This document shows positions 48,201 through 57,358 of a stretch of DNA of 64,000 bases, piece after piece. Under the pieces are notes generated by a model that saw only the letters and a list, made by a program, of their open reading frames with translations, searched no databases and was not told the DNA's origin. Source of the DNA: a virus; IMG/VR virus record IMGVR_UViG_3300017782_000001, one strand, 5' to 3'. The position numbers and the translations under genes were made by a program. Position 1 is the stretch's first letter, and the number at the start of each line of letters is the position of its first letter.

Positions 48201-49285
48201 TACTTTTCCCAATTTCCATTTGCAAGATCTGAGTCAAAGTTTGAAGTAGAAGCATGAGGAAGAATAGAAATATAGTTATTTCCTCCTCTATTAACAACTA
48301 CATCAATACCGTATTCAACGCTTGAGTCCCAATCTGCTTGATAATCAATACCTGGAACAACCTTTGTCCAATTTGCAGTTACTGTAGGCTTAACATTCAA
48401 GCTGTTTGTAGCAGCTTTGAAAACAGATCCACCATACCTTACAGTATCACCTGTATAGTATTGTGTAGTATCGGCCCAATCACCATTGAAATTAAATCCT
48501 GAAACTACTAGCGACCAGCTTGCACTATCATTAGGATCTGTGCCTGCTACTGTTTGTCTTGCTCTATAAAGATCACCACCAAATTTTACAAGATCATTTG
48601 TAAAATACGTTGTGGCTGAGTCAAAACCGCCATCAATAAATTTAGTACCGCCAACATAAAGTTCCCAATATGTTGAGTTTGTTGGAACAATTCCGGCAGT
48701 AGTATTTTGTTTAGCTTTATAAAGGTTGGCACCATATCCTACAACGTCATCTTTCTTATAGACTGTAGCTTGGTTCCATACACCTTCATTGCCAATGCCG
48801 CTAATGAAAGGATCCCAATATGTATTATTTGTAGGATCATTCGATGTAGAATTTTGTTTTGCAATATAAGCAGACCCGCCGTATTTTACAACGTCATTTG
48901 CTTGATAATCAGTACTGGAATCATAGGAACCTTCCCACTGAATACCATCAACAAACTGAGACCAGTAGGAACTATTAGAACCTAATCCTGGATTTTTATT
49001 TGTTGACTGCGTTTGTGCAATGTATACTTTACCACCGTATGATACGCCATCACCGATGTTATAGCTTGAAGATGAGTCCCATACACCATCGAATGAGAAA
49101 CCTTCAAGCATTAATCTCCAATACGTAGTAGCCGTTGGAACGTTACCACTCGTTTTGAGATTGTAAATGTATACGTATACGTTACCGCCATATTTTACGA
49201 CATCATTTTGTTCGTAGGTTGTGGAGTTGCTCCACTGGCCGGCAAAGTAGAATCTTAATTTTCCTAGATCTATAACTTGTGTCAT
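45200..49285 (-). CDS. long fibre/spike: eight CBM5/12-like repeats plus pectate-lyase-like beta-helix region
   Basis: W....Y...D.V.YGG..Y...W repeats; APFKTI..A, GDYKE.LPI, GQGLRTT; STDQDGNFRVG. Confidence 0.8.
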   Translation of the reverse strand: MTQVIDLGKLRFYFAGQWSNSTTYEQNDVVKYGGNVYVYIYNLKTSGNVPTATTYWRLMLEGFSFDGVWDSSSSYNIGDGVSYGGKVYIAQTQSTNKNPGLGSNSSYWSQFVDGIQWEGSYDSSTDYQANDVVKYGGSAYIAKQNSTSNDPTNNTYWDPFISGIGNEGVWNQATVYKKDDVVGYGANLYKAKQNTTAGIVPTNSTYWELYVGGTKFIDGGFDSATTYFTNDLVKFGGDLYRARQTVAGTDPNDSASWSLVVSGFNFNGDWADTTQYYTGDTVRYGGSVFKAATNSLNVKPTVTANWTKVVPGIDYQADWDSSVEYGIDVVVNRGGNNYISILPHASTSNFDSDLANGNWEKYNSGIRFRGAYASGSEYLIDDLVSTATSVYIAKQDFTSTGNFANDLADSFFDLFVAGGDNILPVIDSSDIGKVITVNSTASGYSLSYPDDTKNTFYISVDAGTDDSDYGKSANAPFKTINFAMRFIDKNITKDSSTTVLVANGDYKEILPIHIPHNTTMHGQGLRTTRVQPSPGYDSADAMFFMRDATLVEGMTFRGLTGFVPDSGDDQNPELSTGRKGAYFKLDPNFAISTKSPYIKDCSAFSTGGIGAIVDGGHFDAARQSDSSTNASMVFHAFTNLHSDGIGFWVRNNGRAEIVSCFTYYCHIGYATSSGGQIRALNGNNSYGTYGAVSAGFDSNETSNDGTVRGFAIDYKDGSITNGEFEDGDIIRQPNKNISIDTITRANPGVVKTRVAHGLVDNDRVRLASLKNRYVNDVSPDSGLWDSDIGNDAGIADGLEYHIRKVDSFNFSLYNDSNATSLLDTRFSGGKSVTNASITDITRSNPAVVTVASHNFDSYNLINVSSVTGMSQVNNKYFLVDSITSNDFSLRTAENEYWTVTGDSAGFNLSGIGVGTDYNITGDSGFQLYRGSRYYFTLDSSTGFNPFYLTTSDSSQWSAGNYTGEVIKGVTNSRATGTKNSFAYKITIDSAQTGPLYVASGKSTSAAGFFQEITLVDPPTYDASGNSAYVTGGAAKFTDSGGDFDSGTAVYQGTRGKVIAALTSIQRLIVENQIDGSGFKSGDSIQESGGNVYSILIDSDTAHGQYGFTMAFEGFDSEPLEGGSVEFVTSGGNPSDSGYDSFTYVIQSTQDWDSTSGRITLVFAQQKLATSPAFHGQTSRVRYRYSQTRLTGHDFLNIGTGNATNTNYPNSPLTGYSKTQGNEVIEKGAGRVFYVSTDQDGNFRVGNYFRIDQATGRATLDASAFDLAGLTSLRLGSIGAKLGETINEFSADPNLSGASNSAVPTEFAVKTYVDDQIYKNRTVTLPGTGQTGEIAFEQYIGFDAKELLDGKKIKRGIRNGNR
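48030..49240 (-). repeat. eight approx. 50 aa tandem protein repeats (bounds approximate)
   Basis: visible in translation. Confidence 0.85.
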
Positions 49286-49533
49286 AGGATTACCAACTCC
49301 AGATGTCCAGTGTTTTTATTCATACGAAATGTAATTGCATCAGCCGTCCAAAAATATTGTTTATACCCATCAGGATCTTTTATAAATCCGTCTTCTGGTA
49401 GTACTACTGGTGAACTATCATTTGTTCTTATTACGTCAATTGAAAGCGAACTTTGTGAATCCATTTTCAATCCATAGAACGCCTTATCATATAAAGTATC
49501 TATCTCTTCGAGATTTTTATAAAATACAGTCAT
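49282..49533 (-). CDS. small hypothetical (fibre-associated)
   Basis: coupled to both neighbours. Confidence 0.75.
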   Translation of the reverse strand: MTVFYKNLEEIDTLYDKAFYGLKMDSQSSLSIDVIRTNDSSPVVLPEDGFIKDPDGYKQYFWTADAITFRMNKNTGHLELVIL

Positions 49534-49862
49534 TATGATAAGATGTCCTCTGTTATAGTGGCGATTACGCTAAATGCATCGTCAACGGCCGCACTTGCTT
49601 TAATCACATCACCTGCTTCTAATGAAACTTTGCTTCCTAGAAGAATATCGTTTGTATTATCTGTTTCAATTCTTTTGTTATGAGCCAGATAAATTGTGTC
49701 TGCACCTCTGATAAGCTTTATTGTAATGCCAAGTCCAGCGCCATAAATGTTTGTCGCAATTAGACCTATCAATAAATGTGGACCACCTGATGGTGCTGTA
49801 TATACAGTAGCTTCGCTAGATCCTACATTCGCGGCAATACCATTATCAAATGCTGCAGCCAT
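49533..49862 (-). CDS. small virion protein
   Basis: TVYTAP...KVSLEAGD; late promoter upstream. Confidence 0.75.
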   Translation of the reverse strand: MAAAFDNGIAANVGSSEATVYTAPSGGPHLLIGLIATNIYGAGLGITIKLIRGADTIYLAHNKRIETDNTNDILLGSKVSLEAGDVIKASAAVDDAFSVIATITEDILS

Positions 49863-49889
49863 TTCTAAACCTTTTTAATTTCCTGATTG

Positions 49890-49897
49890 TATTTATA
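49890..49897 (-). promoter_or_regulatory. late promoter TATAAATA
   Basis: exact consensus. Confidence 0.8.
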
Positions 49898-49910
49898 ACA
49901 AAAGTAATTT

Positions 49911-52900
49911 TTATAATCCTATGAATGCTAATAATTGTGCACGTTTTGCTGCACCCGCAACAGCAGTTTCAAGAGCTTTAACTGAAGCTTGTTTAAGAGC
50001 ATTAGAATCTGATGCATCAACAACCAGAATTAAATCAGAATCAATTGAAAAGTCTGCGTTTGAAAGTAAAGGTTTACTTGTTACAAATGCTGGAGATATA
50101 GAAAACTTAGAAACTGAATCATAAGAAACGTCTCCAAAATTTGCTTGATTTTCAAAGTGCTTAAATACATCATCTGCAACTGGCCCTTGATAATTAATTT
50201 GTCCTGTTGCACTATTATACGTAAGACTTCCATCACCGCCTGAGTCTATTACGCTTATTGCATGTCTTGCATCTGAATCGTTATATTGTAAAGCACCAGA
50301 TAATCTTATTTCGTTTGCTGAATCATTATATGTTGCAGTTATATTAGTGTGATTACTATGAGTAAGAGAAGATGCAACAGCATCTTGTGCTCTTTCATTT
50401 GTAAAGTAGAGATTAGTAGTTCCTTCTGCTAATGAATCTGTTGTCGCATCATTAAAGTCAGAATCAAAATTAACACTATTATATTGAGCACCCGGAGCAA
50501 AAGTAAATTGGCCGGTTGCACTATCATAACTAAAACCAGGGCCTGTTGCACTAAATATGTTTCTTGTGTCAGCTGAGTCTAAGATATTTGGCTTGCCAGT
50601 TAATGAGGCATATGCAAAATCTTGTAAAGGTGATATGTTTAGAATATATGCAGAATCAATTAAGTTAATTGCATCAGCAGAATCAAGGAAAGGTGCTTCA
50701 GCTACCCTTGCCAAAACATATGCACTATCAACTGCATCCACAATGGTGTTGTTAATTGTTACTTGTACAGCATTACCAGAATCGCTAATTGAAGCAGCGA
50801 CATCACTATCAACACGTGCTTTGGTATAATAAAGATTTGTGCCTTCAGGCAATTGCCCAGTATTTGCTAAACCTAAATCAGAATCAAAGTTTGCTTTTGT
50901 ATAAACTGATTCAACATCAAAGGTAAACTGACCAGTAGTAGAGTCGTATGTTAAATCTCCACCAGCACTAAAGTGAGCTCTTACTTCTGCAGGAGTAGGA
51001 CCGCTGTAAGTCATTATTCCAGTTGCTGAATCGTAACTGAATGAACCGTCACCACCAGCGTCTACTGAACTAAAGTGAGCTCTTACTTCTGCTGAACTTG
51101 GTCCAGTGTATGTGATAAGACCAGTGTCACTGCTATATGTTAGACTTCCATCACCGCCATTATCAACAAAACCAATTGCGTGTTTAGCATCAGAGTCTGT
51201 TCTAGCCTGAGTGTAGTACTTATTTGTTGAACCTTCTGCTAAAGAGTCAGTAGAAAGATTTGATATATCACTAACTTGACCAGTTACGTTACCTGTAACA
51301 TTACCAATAAAACTATCGGCTTGAATATTTCTATTAAATACAAATCTTTCATCAGCATGTGAATATGTTAATGATGGCTTATTAACAATATTGGATCCAC
51401 CTACCGTAATACCTGCGCCATGCATTGCTGAGCTATCAGCAGCACTGTCAGCAAGCACAATGTTTTTATCATTGATACTTACAGTAGTAGAATTAATAAT
51501 TGTTTGAGTACCTTCAACCTGAAGGTTACCGAGAATTTTAACAGTACCAGTATTATCACCAATAGCTGCTGGATCAATTATGAATTCTGCAGGACCACGT
51601 AGCTGACCGGTTTGAGTAATATTTTGAAATCTAACATTACTATTTGAGTCTAATGCTTGATTTGTTGTAAATTTTCCTGTAGAAGAATCATAAGTTAAAC
51701 TAGCACCAGCACTAAAATGAGATCTTACTGAATCTGGTGTAGCTCCAGTGTATGTAATAACACCAGTAGTTTCATTGTATTCAAGTGAACCATCACCACC
51801 AGCATCTACAACACTAATGGATCTCTTTGCATCACTATCAGCCCTTGCTGTAGTGTAATATAAATTTGTTCCTTCTGCAATAGAATCTGTCGTTGTTGAA
51901 AGTAGTCTAACTCTAAAGTCAGAGTCAAAATTAGCTGCGGTGTATATTTCCTCGACATCAATCGAGAATTTTCCTGTTGCGGAATCATATGTTATGTCGC
52001 CGCCTGCGCTAAAATGTTCCCTTACATTGGCTGCACTAATGCTACCGGTAAGTGTTCCTGCTAATGTGATGTTGCCACCTACATTAAGATTGGAATCAAC
52101 GGTAAGGTTATCTCTAATTCTTGAAGAATCTGTTACATCTAATGTGCTTTGTAATGTTACACCTTGTCTTACAGTGAGAGTACCATCAACTAACGCATTT
52201 GAATCAACAAAGATATTACCACTAATAGTAATACCGGAATCTGTTGTTGTTAGTCTTCTGTCTCCATCTCTGTAATTAAGCTGAACGCCTCCGGAATCTC
52301 CGGCAATAATAAGTTGTTGTCCGCCTGATATATTATTAGCAGAAGTAATAACAAGATTAGAACCTATCCTAGGTGTTATTTCAATAGCACCATAGTTGTT
52401 TTCTATTTGAAGATTGTTATCACTTTCTTTTATTGTGGAAAATTTGTTTCCTGTGCCAAAGCTAATATTTTGTCCGTCAGGTAAAGCTATACCTTCGTGA
52501 TATGTCGAACGGAAATCGGTTCTGCCAAAGTTGGAATCATTGAAGGTAAAGATTCCTGTAGCAGAATCGTAAGTAAAGTCTGTGCTATCTTGGCCTGTGA
52601 CCTGACCAGAAATAAGCTTTCTTGTTTCTGGTCCAGTAAATAAAATTGTGCCTGTCGCAGAATCATACGTGATATCACCATCACCGGCGCCAGACGAATC
52701 TTTTCTTGCAGATAAAACCCCGCGAATATCCGAAGTGTTAACACCTTGGAAATTAAATGTACCGCCAATAGAATCAAATGCAAGTGATGCAAAGTCACCA
52801 GTGCTATTAACTGAAACATTTTGTCCAATAGCCTGAGCTAAGCTTACGTGTTTGAATTTTGATTGTGCAGAATCATAGCGAAGAAATGATCCTTCGCTTA

Positions 52901-53075
52901 AGTTATTACTTCCATCTACATCTGAAAGATTGACTAAGAAACCTTGCGCAGCAATGCCTGTTTTAATTGGCGTACCAACAACGACTTTCTTTACGATAGT
53001 CTTATTGCCAGGAACAACAACTTTAGTTACTTGACGTACTCGTGTTTTCCCTGCACTTACAATGATTTCAGCCAT
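49911..53075 (-). CDS. repeat-rich tail fibre/virion structural protein
   Basis: repeated TDS(L/I)AEG..NLYYT..R and GGDGSL.Y...TG..TY.GP..EVRAHFS units. Confidence 0.8.
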   Translation of the reverse strand: MAEIIVSAGKTRVRQVTKVVVPGNKTIVKKVVVGTPIKTGIAAQGFLVNLSDVDGSNNLSEGSFLRYDSAQSKFKHVSLAQAIGQNVSVNSTGDFASLAFDSIGGTFNFQGVNTSDIRGVLSARKDSSGAGDGDITYDSATGTILFTGPETRKLISGQVTGQDSTDFTYDSATGIFTFNDSNFGRTDFRSTYHEGIALPDGQNISFGTGNKFSTIKESDNNLQIENNYGAIEITPRIGSNLVITSANNISGGQQLIIAGDSGGVQLNYRDGDRRLTTTDSGITISGNIFVDSNALVDGTLTVRQGVTLQSTLDVTDSSRIRDNLTVDSNLNVGGNITLAGTLTGSISAANVREHFSAGGDITYDSATGKFSIDVEEIYTAANFDSDFRVRLLSTTTDSIAEGTNLYYTTARADSDAKRSISVVDAGGDGSLEYNETTGVITYTGATPDSVRSHFSAGASLTYDSSTGKFTTNQALDSNSNVRFQNITQTGQLRGPAEFIIDPAAIGDNTGTVKILGNLQVEGTQTIINSTTVSINDKNIVLADSAADSSAMHGAGITVGGSNIVNKPSLTYSHADERFVFNRNIQADSFIGNVTGNVTGQVSDISNLSTDSLAEGSTNKYYTQARTDSDAKHAIGFVDNGGDGSLTYSSDTGLITYTGPSSAEVRAHFSSVDAGGDGSFSYDSATGIMTYSGPTPAEVRAHFSAGGDLTYDSTTGQFTFDVESVYTKANFDSDLGLANTGQLPEGTNLYYTKARVDSDVAASISDSGNAVQVTINNTIVDAVDSAYVLARVAEAPFLDSADAINLIDSAYILNISPLQDFAYASLTGKPNILDSADTRNIFSATGPGFSYDSATGQFTFAPGAQYNSVNFDSDFNDATTDSLAEGTTNLYFTNERAQDAVASSLTHSNHTNITATYNDSANEIRLSGALQYNDSDARHAISVIDSGGDGSLTYNSATGQINYQGPVADDVFKHFENQANFGDVSYDSVSKFSISPAFVTSKPLLSNADFSIDSDLILVVDASDSNALKQASVKALETAVAGAAKRAQLLAFIGL
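50967..51092. repeat. 24 bp direct repeat (50967-50990, 51069-51092)
   Basis: actaaagtgagctcttacttctgc twice, encoding AEVRAHFS. Confidence 0.85.
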
Positions 53076-53090
53076 TCATTACTCCGGTAA

Positions 53091-53441
53091 TCAAGTAACG
53101 CCAGGCGTTACTGTAATTTGTCCTTCAAGGATTCTTTCGATCACCGTGTTTGTATTACTATCTTGGAAAGAGATCTCTACATCATATACGTATCGTCCAT
53201 TTTTTAATGCAGCAGTAGTAGCATTATTTAGTGTTAGTTCTACTATACCATCAGTTTCGGGAGAGATAACTGACGATGTAAATACTGTTGCATCTGAATC
53301 AGGCGTGTTATAAGTTTTTTTCATTTTTGCTGCAACAGAATAGTCTAGCAAATTTTTCTTATTACCGTCAATGTCGACAAGCTCTAGCTTTATCGTTACA
53401 TCTGTACCTTGATCTATTGTGATTTCTTCTTGCTGTGCCAT
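53091..53441 (-). CDS. small Ig-like/BppU-like virion protein
   Basis: IDQG, GRYVYDVEI, RILEGQITVTP.VT. Confidence 0.75.
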   Translation of the reverse strand: MAQQEEITIDQGTDVTIKLELVDIDGNKKNLLDYSVAAKMKKTYNTPDSDATVFTSSVISPETDGIVELTLNNATTAALKNGRYVYDVEISFQDSNTNTVIERILEGQITVTPGVT

Positions 53442-53473
53442 AAAACAAACTCATATATTAAAAGGGTTTGTTC

Positions 53474-53481
53474 TATTTATA
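53474..53481 (-). promoter_or_regulatory. late promoter TATAAATA
   Basis: exact consensus. Confidence 0.75.
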
Positions 53482-54082
53482 CCCCAAAGATCATGAACCG
53501 TGTATAACCATCAAGCTTAAGTTCGCATTCTTTAAGTATTCTTAACTTTACTGAATTTGAAAAATCATGAACAGACCCTTTAGAATTAATATGATCTTCA
53601 TGACCATGCATATTATTTGAAGTTAAGCAAACTAAAGTGCTTTCATTTTTTTTAGAAAGAAAGTTGTTTAATGTTTCATCTGTGATATGCTCGCATGAAG
53701 GCAATACAATAATATCAAAGTGTTCATCATCTGGATTCCAATCTTCTATTTTACCCCACGTATGTTTAATCTTAGGATACATCCAACCGCCAATAGGTTG
53801 ACACATTGGATCTTTGTCCATTATACATACTTTATTAGGTTTTATTTTAGAAGTTCTAATCATATCACCTACTAGGCCAAACCACCCGGCGTGAATTAAA
53901 ACATTAGGATTTACAAGTTCTTTCATTTCGCACATGTCAGCCAATTCAAGAGTCAACCACTTTTTGGTTGCCATTTGATTTTCATTTACATGGTTAGCTA
54001 TAGATAAAGCTAAGTCAACATTGTGCGGCCATTGACGCAATGCAGTGTCAACAGATTTAAGAGCTTCTTTGTAATAGGACAT
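53477..54082 (-). CDS. class I SAM methyltransferase-like protein
   Basis: VLIHAGWFG, MDKD, SCEH, NNM...DHIN, RFMIFG. Confidence 0.65.
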   Translation of the reverse strand: MSYYKEALKSVDTALRQWPHNVDLALSIANHVNENQMATKKWLTLELADMCEMKELVNPNVLIHAGWFGLVGDMIRTSKIKPNKVCIMDKDPMCQPIGGWMYPKIKHTWGKIEDWNPDDEHFDIIVLPSCEHITDETLNNFLSKKNESTLVCLTSNNMHGHEDHINSKGSVHDFSNSVKLRILKECELKLDGYTRFMIFGV

Positions 54083-54085
54083 AGT

Positions 54086-54979
54086 ATGAGTATTTATAAA
54101 AATAAAGTAGTCTTTAGTTTATACGTAGATATTCCAGAAGAAAAATTAGATTATCAACCTCCTCATGTAGATACGACAATTTCCAAAACATTACATACAA
54201 AAGAACAATTTTTAATACATTCCCCTTGGCTTATAGAAAAGCAAAAGCAGTATGCATCTTTAATAGGCGCAGACTATTTTTGTTTTACATATGATAAAGC
54301 GTATGAAGAATATGCAAAAACTATGCCAAGCACAATCACTGAATATAACATTGTTAACTTTTATAAAATTAAGCTCTTATATGATTTAGCTGAAAAATAT
54401 GATGAGGTTTTATATTTAGACCTTGACGTTATTCCAATGACAGATCAGTGTTTTTTTAAGAGATGGCCAGGCTTAACTATAATGTCAGGTACGGCTGAAA
54501 GTCAAACAAGAATTGAAACTAATAATAAAGCTCTACTAAGGATGAAACGTAGTACAAAAAAACATAGCAATAGATCACCTACTGCAAAATATTGGAATAC
54601 ACAAGCAATGCTATTTAATAGAGATTTTAGCACTAGCGATATTGAAGTTTTTAATACTGGAATAATTGGGTCAAATAAAAAAAGTCTTGAGCTTCTTGAT
54701 TATTTTAATTCTTTTGAAAAGAATATTAAGTATATGGATAGCTTAGTAAAAGAACAAGATAGTATATATCCAGACTACATACAAAAATTATTTGGGTATG
54801 ATAATGAAACTTTGTGGAGCTATTTAATGATAAGCAAAAAAATACCATACAATAAACTAAGTCCTTCTTGGCATTACTTTATGGATAAGTTTTCATACAT
54901 ACCAAAAGGAACTAAATTAGTTCATTGCATTAAAAAGGATTTTGATTTTGTCAAGAATCATATACAGTCTATACAGTGA
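54086..54979 (+). CDS. GT-A fold glycosyltransferase
   Basis: K...YDEVLYLDLDV, FNTG, DNET, WHY; ATG 54086 with AGGA SD. Confidence 0.75.
   Translation: MSIYKNKVVFSLYVDIPEEKLDYQPPHVDTTISKTLHTKEQFLIHSPWLIEKQKQYASLIGADYFCFTYDKAYEEYAKTMPSTITEYNIVNFYKIKLLYDLAEKYDEVLYLDLDVIPMTDQCFFKRWPGLTIMSGTAESQTRIETNNKALLRMKRSTKKHSNRSPTAKYWNTQAMLFNRDFSTSDIEVFNTGIIGSNKKSLELLDYFNSFEKNIKYMDSLVKEQDSIYPDYIQKLFGYDNETLWSYLMISKKIPYNKLSPSWHYFMDKFSYIPKGTKLVHCIKKDFDFVKNHIQSIQ
54091..54098 (-). promoter_or_regulatory. late promoter TATAAATA inside the divergent GT gene start
   Basis: 8 nt before minus-strand ATG 54082. Confidence 0.6.
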
Positions 54980-55739
54980 AAATGTAGGTGAGCATATGTC
55001 TTCAACTGATTATAAAAAAAATCAGTTTAAGAAATACAAACTACACTTAGAAACAAAACAATTAGAATACGCAACAAAAGTTAGCGCTGATTATAAACTA
55101 TACATTATAAAAGAAACCGACTACGATAAAATTCAATTTATGAAACTAAATAAACTTGAAGAATTATCAAAAATATATGACGAAGTTTTGTATTTAGATT
55201 TTGATGTAATCCCTCAAACAGATGTCAACTTTTTTGAATACTTTGATATGAATAAAATTAACGCCTATTCTATGTCTAGAACTCCTGGAGCAAATGAATT
55301 AAAGTGGAAGTTTCAAGCAAATGACTGGGATAGAATGAATGTATATGCAAAAACTTGTGCTAAAAAATCAATGTTAATTTTAGAAAACATGTCTGGCAAT
55401 GATACAATGATTAACACAGGAGTTATTGGAGGTAATCGTAAAGCAATCCAAAACTTAAATTTTAGTAAAAGATTGCCTGAAGCATATAAAGTTTTTGAAG
55501 AATCGTGTATTGATAATCTATATCCAGAAGAAATTTCAAGATCTTGGAGACCTAATAACGAAGTGTTTATATCATGGATGATAGAAAAATATAATGTACC
55601 TTACACAAATATTGGCATGGCCTGGAATTTTATGCTTGACGATTATGCGCCTCGAGGAGGAGAATCATCGCACTTTTTACACCACATAAAAAAAGAATTT
55701 GATATTACCTTTGGAGAAATAGATGAAATGGAATCCTAA
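54942..55739 (+). CDS. GT-A fold glycosyltransferase (paralog of preceding gene)
   Basis: YDEVLYLDFDV, INTG, NNE, WNF, H.IKKEFD. Confidence 0.75.
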   Translation: MILSRIIYSLYSENVGEHMSSTDYKKNQFKKYKLHLETKQLEYATKVSADYKLYIIKETDYDKIQFMKLNKLEELSKIYDEVLYLDFDVIPQTDVNFFEYFDMNKINAYSMSRTPGANELKWKFQANDWDRMNVYAKTCAKKSMLILENMSGNDTMINTGVIGGNRKAIQNLNFSKRLPEAYKVFEESCIDNLYPEEISRSWRPNNEVFISWMIEKYNVPYTNIGMAWNFMLDDYAPRGGESSHFLHHIKKEFDITFGEIDEMES

Positions 55740-56787
55740 TTCAATAAAGGTTTTTCTTGACATATCAACTTATTGTAATGCTGGTTGTCCTCAATGTCAT
55801 AGAACAAGCGAAAACGGTTTAGGTAAAACCGATTGGCTGCCACTAATACAATGGGATCTTGATATGTTCAAAAAAGCATTTCCTCCTAGTGAAATGATGC
55901 GTATTAAGATATTTAAGTTTTGTGGAACATGGGGCGATCCGGTTATGTGCAAAGACTTAGATAAAATTTTTGCATATATTATTGATAACTCAGACACTTT
56001 AATTTCTATGGATACAAATGGAAGTATCCGAAATGCTGATTGGTGGTGGGATATAGGTGTTAAGTGTAGATCTAGATTAGAAGTTATATTTGATATTGAT
56101 GGAATCAATCAGGAAATGCATGAAAAATATAGAAGATTTACTCACTTAAGTAAAGTTCTAGAAAATATGGATATGCTTAGTCAGACTACATCATTAGTAA
56201 AATCTCAAACTATTTTATTTAAGCACAACCAAGAATATAAAAGTGAAATTAAAAACCTAGTTAAAGCACATGGATCTATTGCTCACGCATTTGTAATTAG
56301 TGATAGATTTAGAGGTAAAGAAATTAGATCATTTATTAATGAACATGGAGAAGAAGATTGTTTAGAAGCTGCTGACAGAGAAGTATTGCCGGATGGAATA
56401 ATTGCTGGAAGTACAGACAGATATAATTCTTATGAAATAAAATGTAGATGGGCTTTGCCGAGAAACGAAATTGTAGTTAACCCTGATGGTCAAATTATGC
56501 CTTGTTGTTTTCACGCAAACGCACACTTTTGGCAAAGACACGATCCTGTATATAAAAACAGCAAAACAGCATTAAACTTAAATGCTGTTTATAGCGAAGA
56601 CTATAATAGAAATTTGAAGTCTTATAATGTACTACATACGAAATTATCTGAAATATTAAATTCAGACTGGTTTACAAAAGCTTTACCAAATAGTATAAAA
56701 GGTAATGATCCAATTGGCCAATGTGTTAGAAATTGTTCTAATAGACAAAAGAAAACTCATCAGATTAGAGAATTACATGCACCTTGA
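55723..56787 (+). CDS. radical SAM protein with SPASM/twitch-like C-terminus
   Basis: CNAGCPQC, GTWGDP, TNG, DG.IMPCC, C...C. Confidence 0.92.
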   Translation: MKWNPNSIKVFLDISTYCNAGCPQCHRTSENGLGKTDWLPLIQWDLDMFKKAFPPSEMMRIKIFKFCGTWGDPVMCKDLDKIFAYIIDNSDTLISMDTNGSIRNADWWWDIGVKCRSRLEVIFDIDGINQEMHEKYRRFTHLSKVLENMDMLSQTTSLVKSQTILFKHNQEYKSEIKNLVKAHGSIAHAFVISDRFRGKEIRSFINEHGEEDCLEAADREVLPDGIIAGSTDRYNSYEIKCRWALPRNEIVVNPDGQIMPCCFHANAHFWQRHDPVYKNSKTALNLNAVYSEDYNRNLKSYNVLHTKLSEILNSDWFTKALPNSIKGNDPIGQCVRNCSNRQKKTHQIRELHAP

Positions 56788-57358
56788 TAGAATTATTGTA
56801 GTTAACACTGGCACAAAATATAGTGAGTGGTACGTCAATAACATAAAGCATATGATTGATACGTATTCTAATTTAGAATACGATGAATTTGTGGTGATAA
56901 AAGAAAACAAATACGATCTTCAGGTTGCAAATAAACTTATTATGTTTGATAAGTTTCGCACTGGAACAAATATTTATTTTGACTTAGATGTTATTATAAA
57001 AGGAGATTGCAATAGGTTTTTGTCAAACTCATTAAAAGTTTGTTGGGCCTGGTGGAGAGATGCATGGCACACACCACTAAATTCAAGCATTATATCTTGG
57101 ACCGGTGATAGAAGTGATGTGTTTAAGTTGTGGGATCAGAATCCAGATTACTATCAGTTGAAGTATTATCTAGGGATTGATCAATATTTTCATGAGATGA
57201 TTCGTCCGAATCTAAACTTTCATTGGTATGGTTATTGCTCGTATCAGACAGAGTTTCGAGATTTACCGGAGTATCCTGTTGTTCTGATGAATCAGAATCA
57301 TCAGAAGATGCTTCAGCCTGGGTGGTGGCAGGAGTATTTGCTGCACGAGCCTCAATAA
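56777..57358 (+). CDS. small GT-A fold glycosyltransferase
   Basis: GTKYS..YV, YFDLDVII, NSSI..W, GIDQYF; start re-set to ATG 56777. Confidence 0.75.
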   Translation: MHLDRIIVVNTGTKYSEWYVNNIKHMIDTYSNLEYDEFVVIKENKYDLQVANKLIMFDKFRTGTNIYFDLDVIIKGDCNRFLSNSLKVCWAWWRDAWHTPLNSSIISWTGDRSDVFKLWDQNPDYYQLKYYLGIDQYFHEMIRPNLNFHWYGYCSYQTEFRDLPEYPVVLMNQNHQKMLQPGWWQEYLLHEPQ

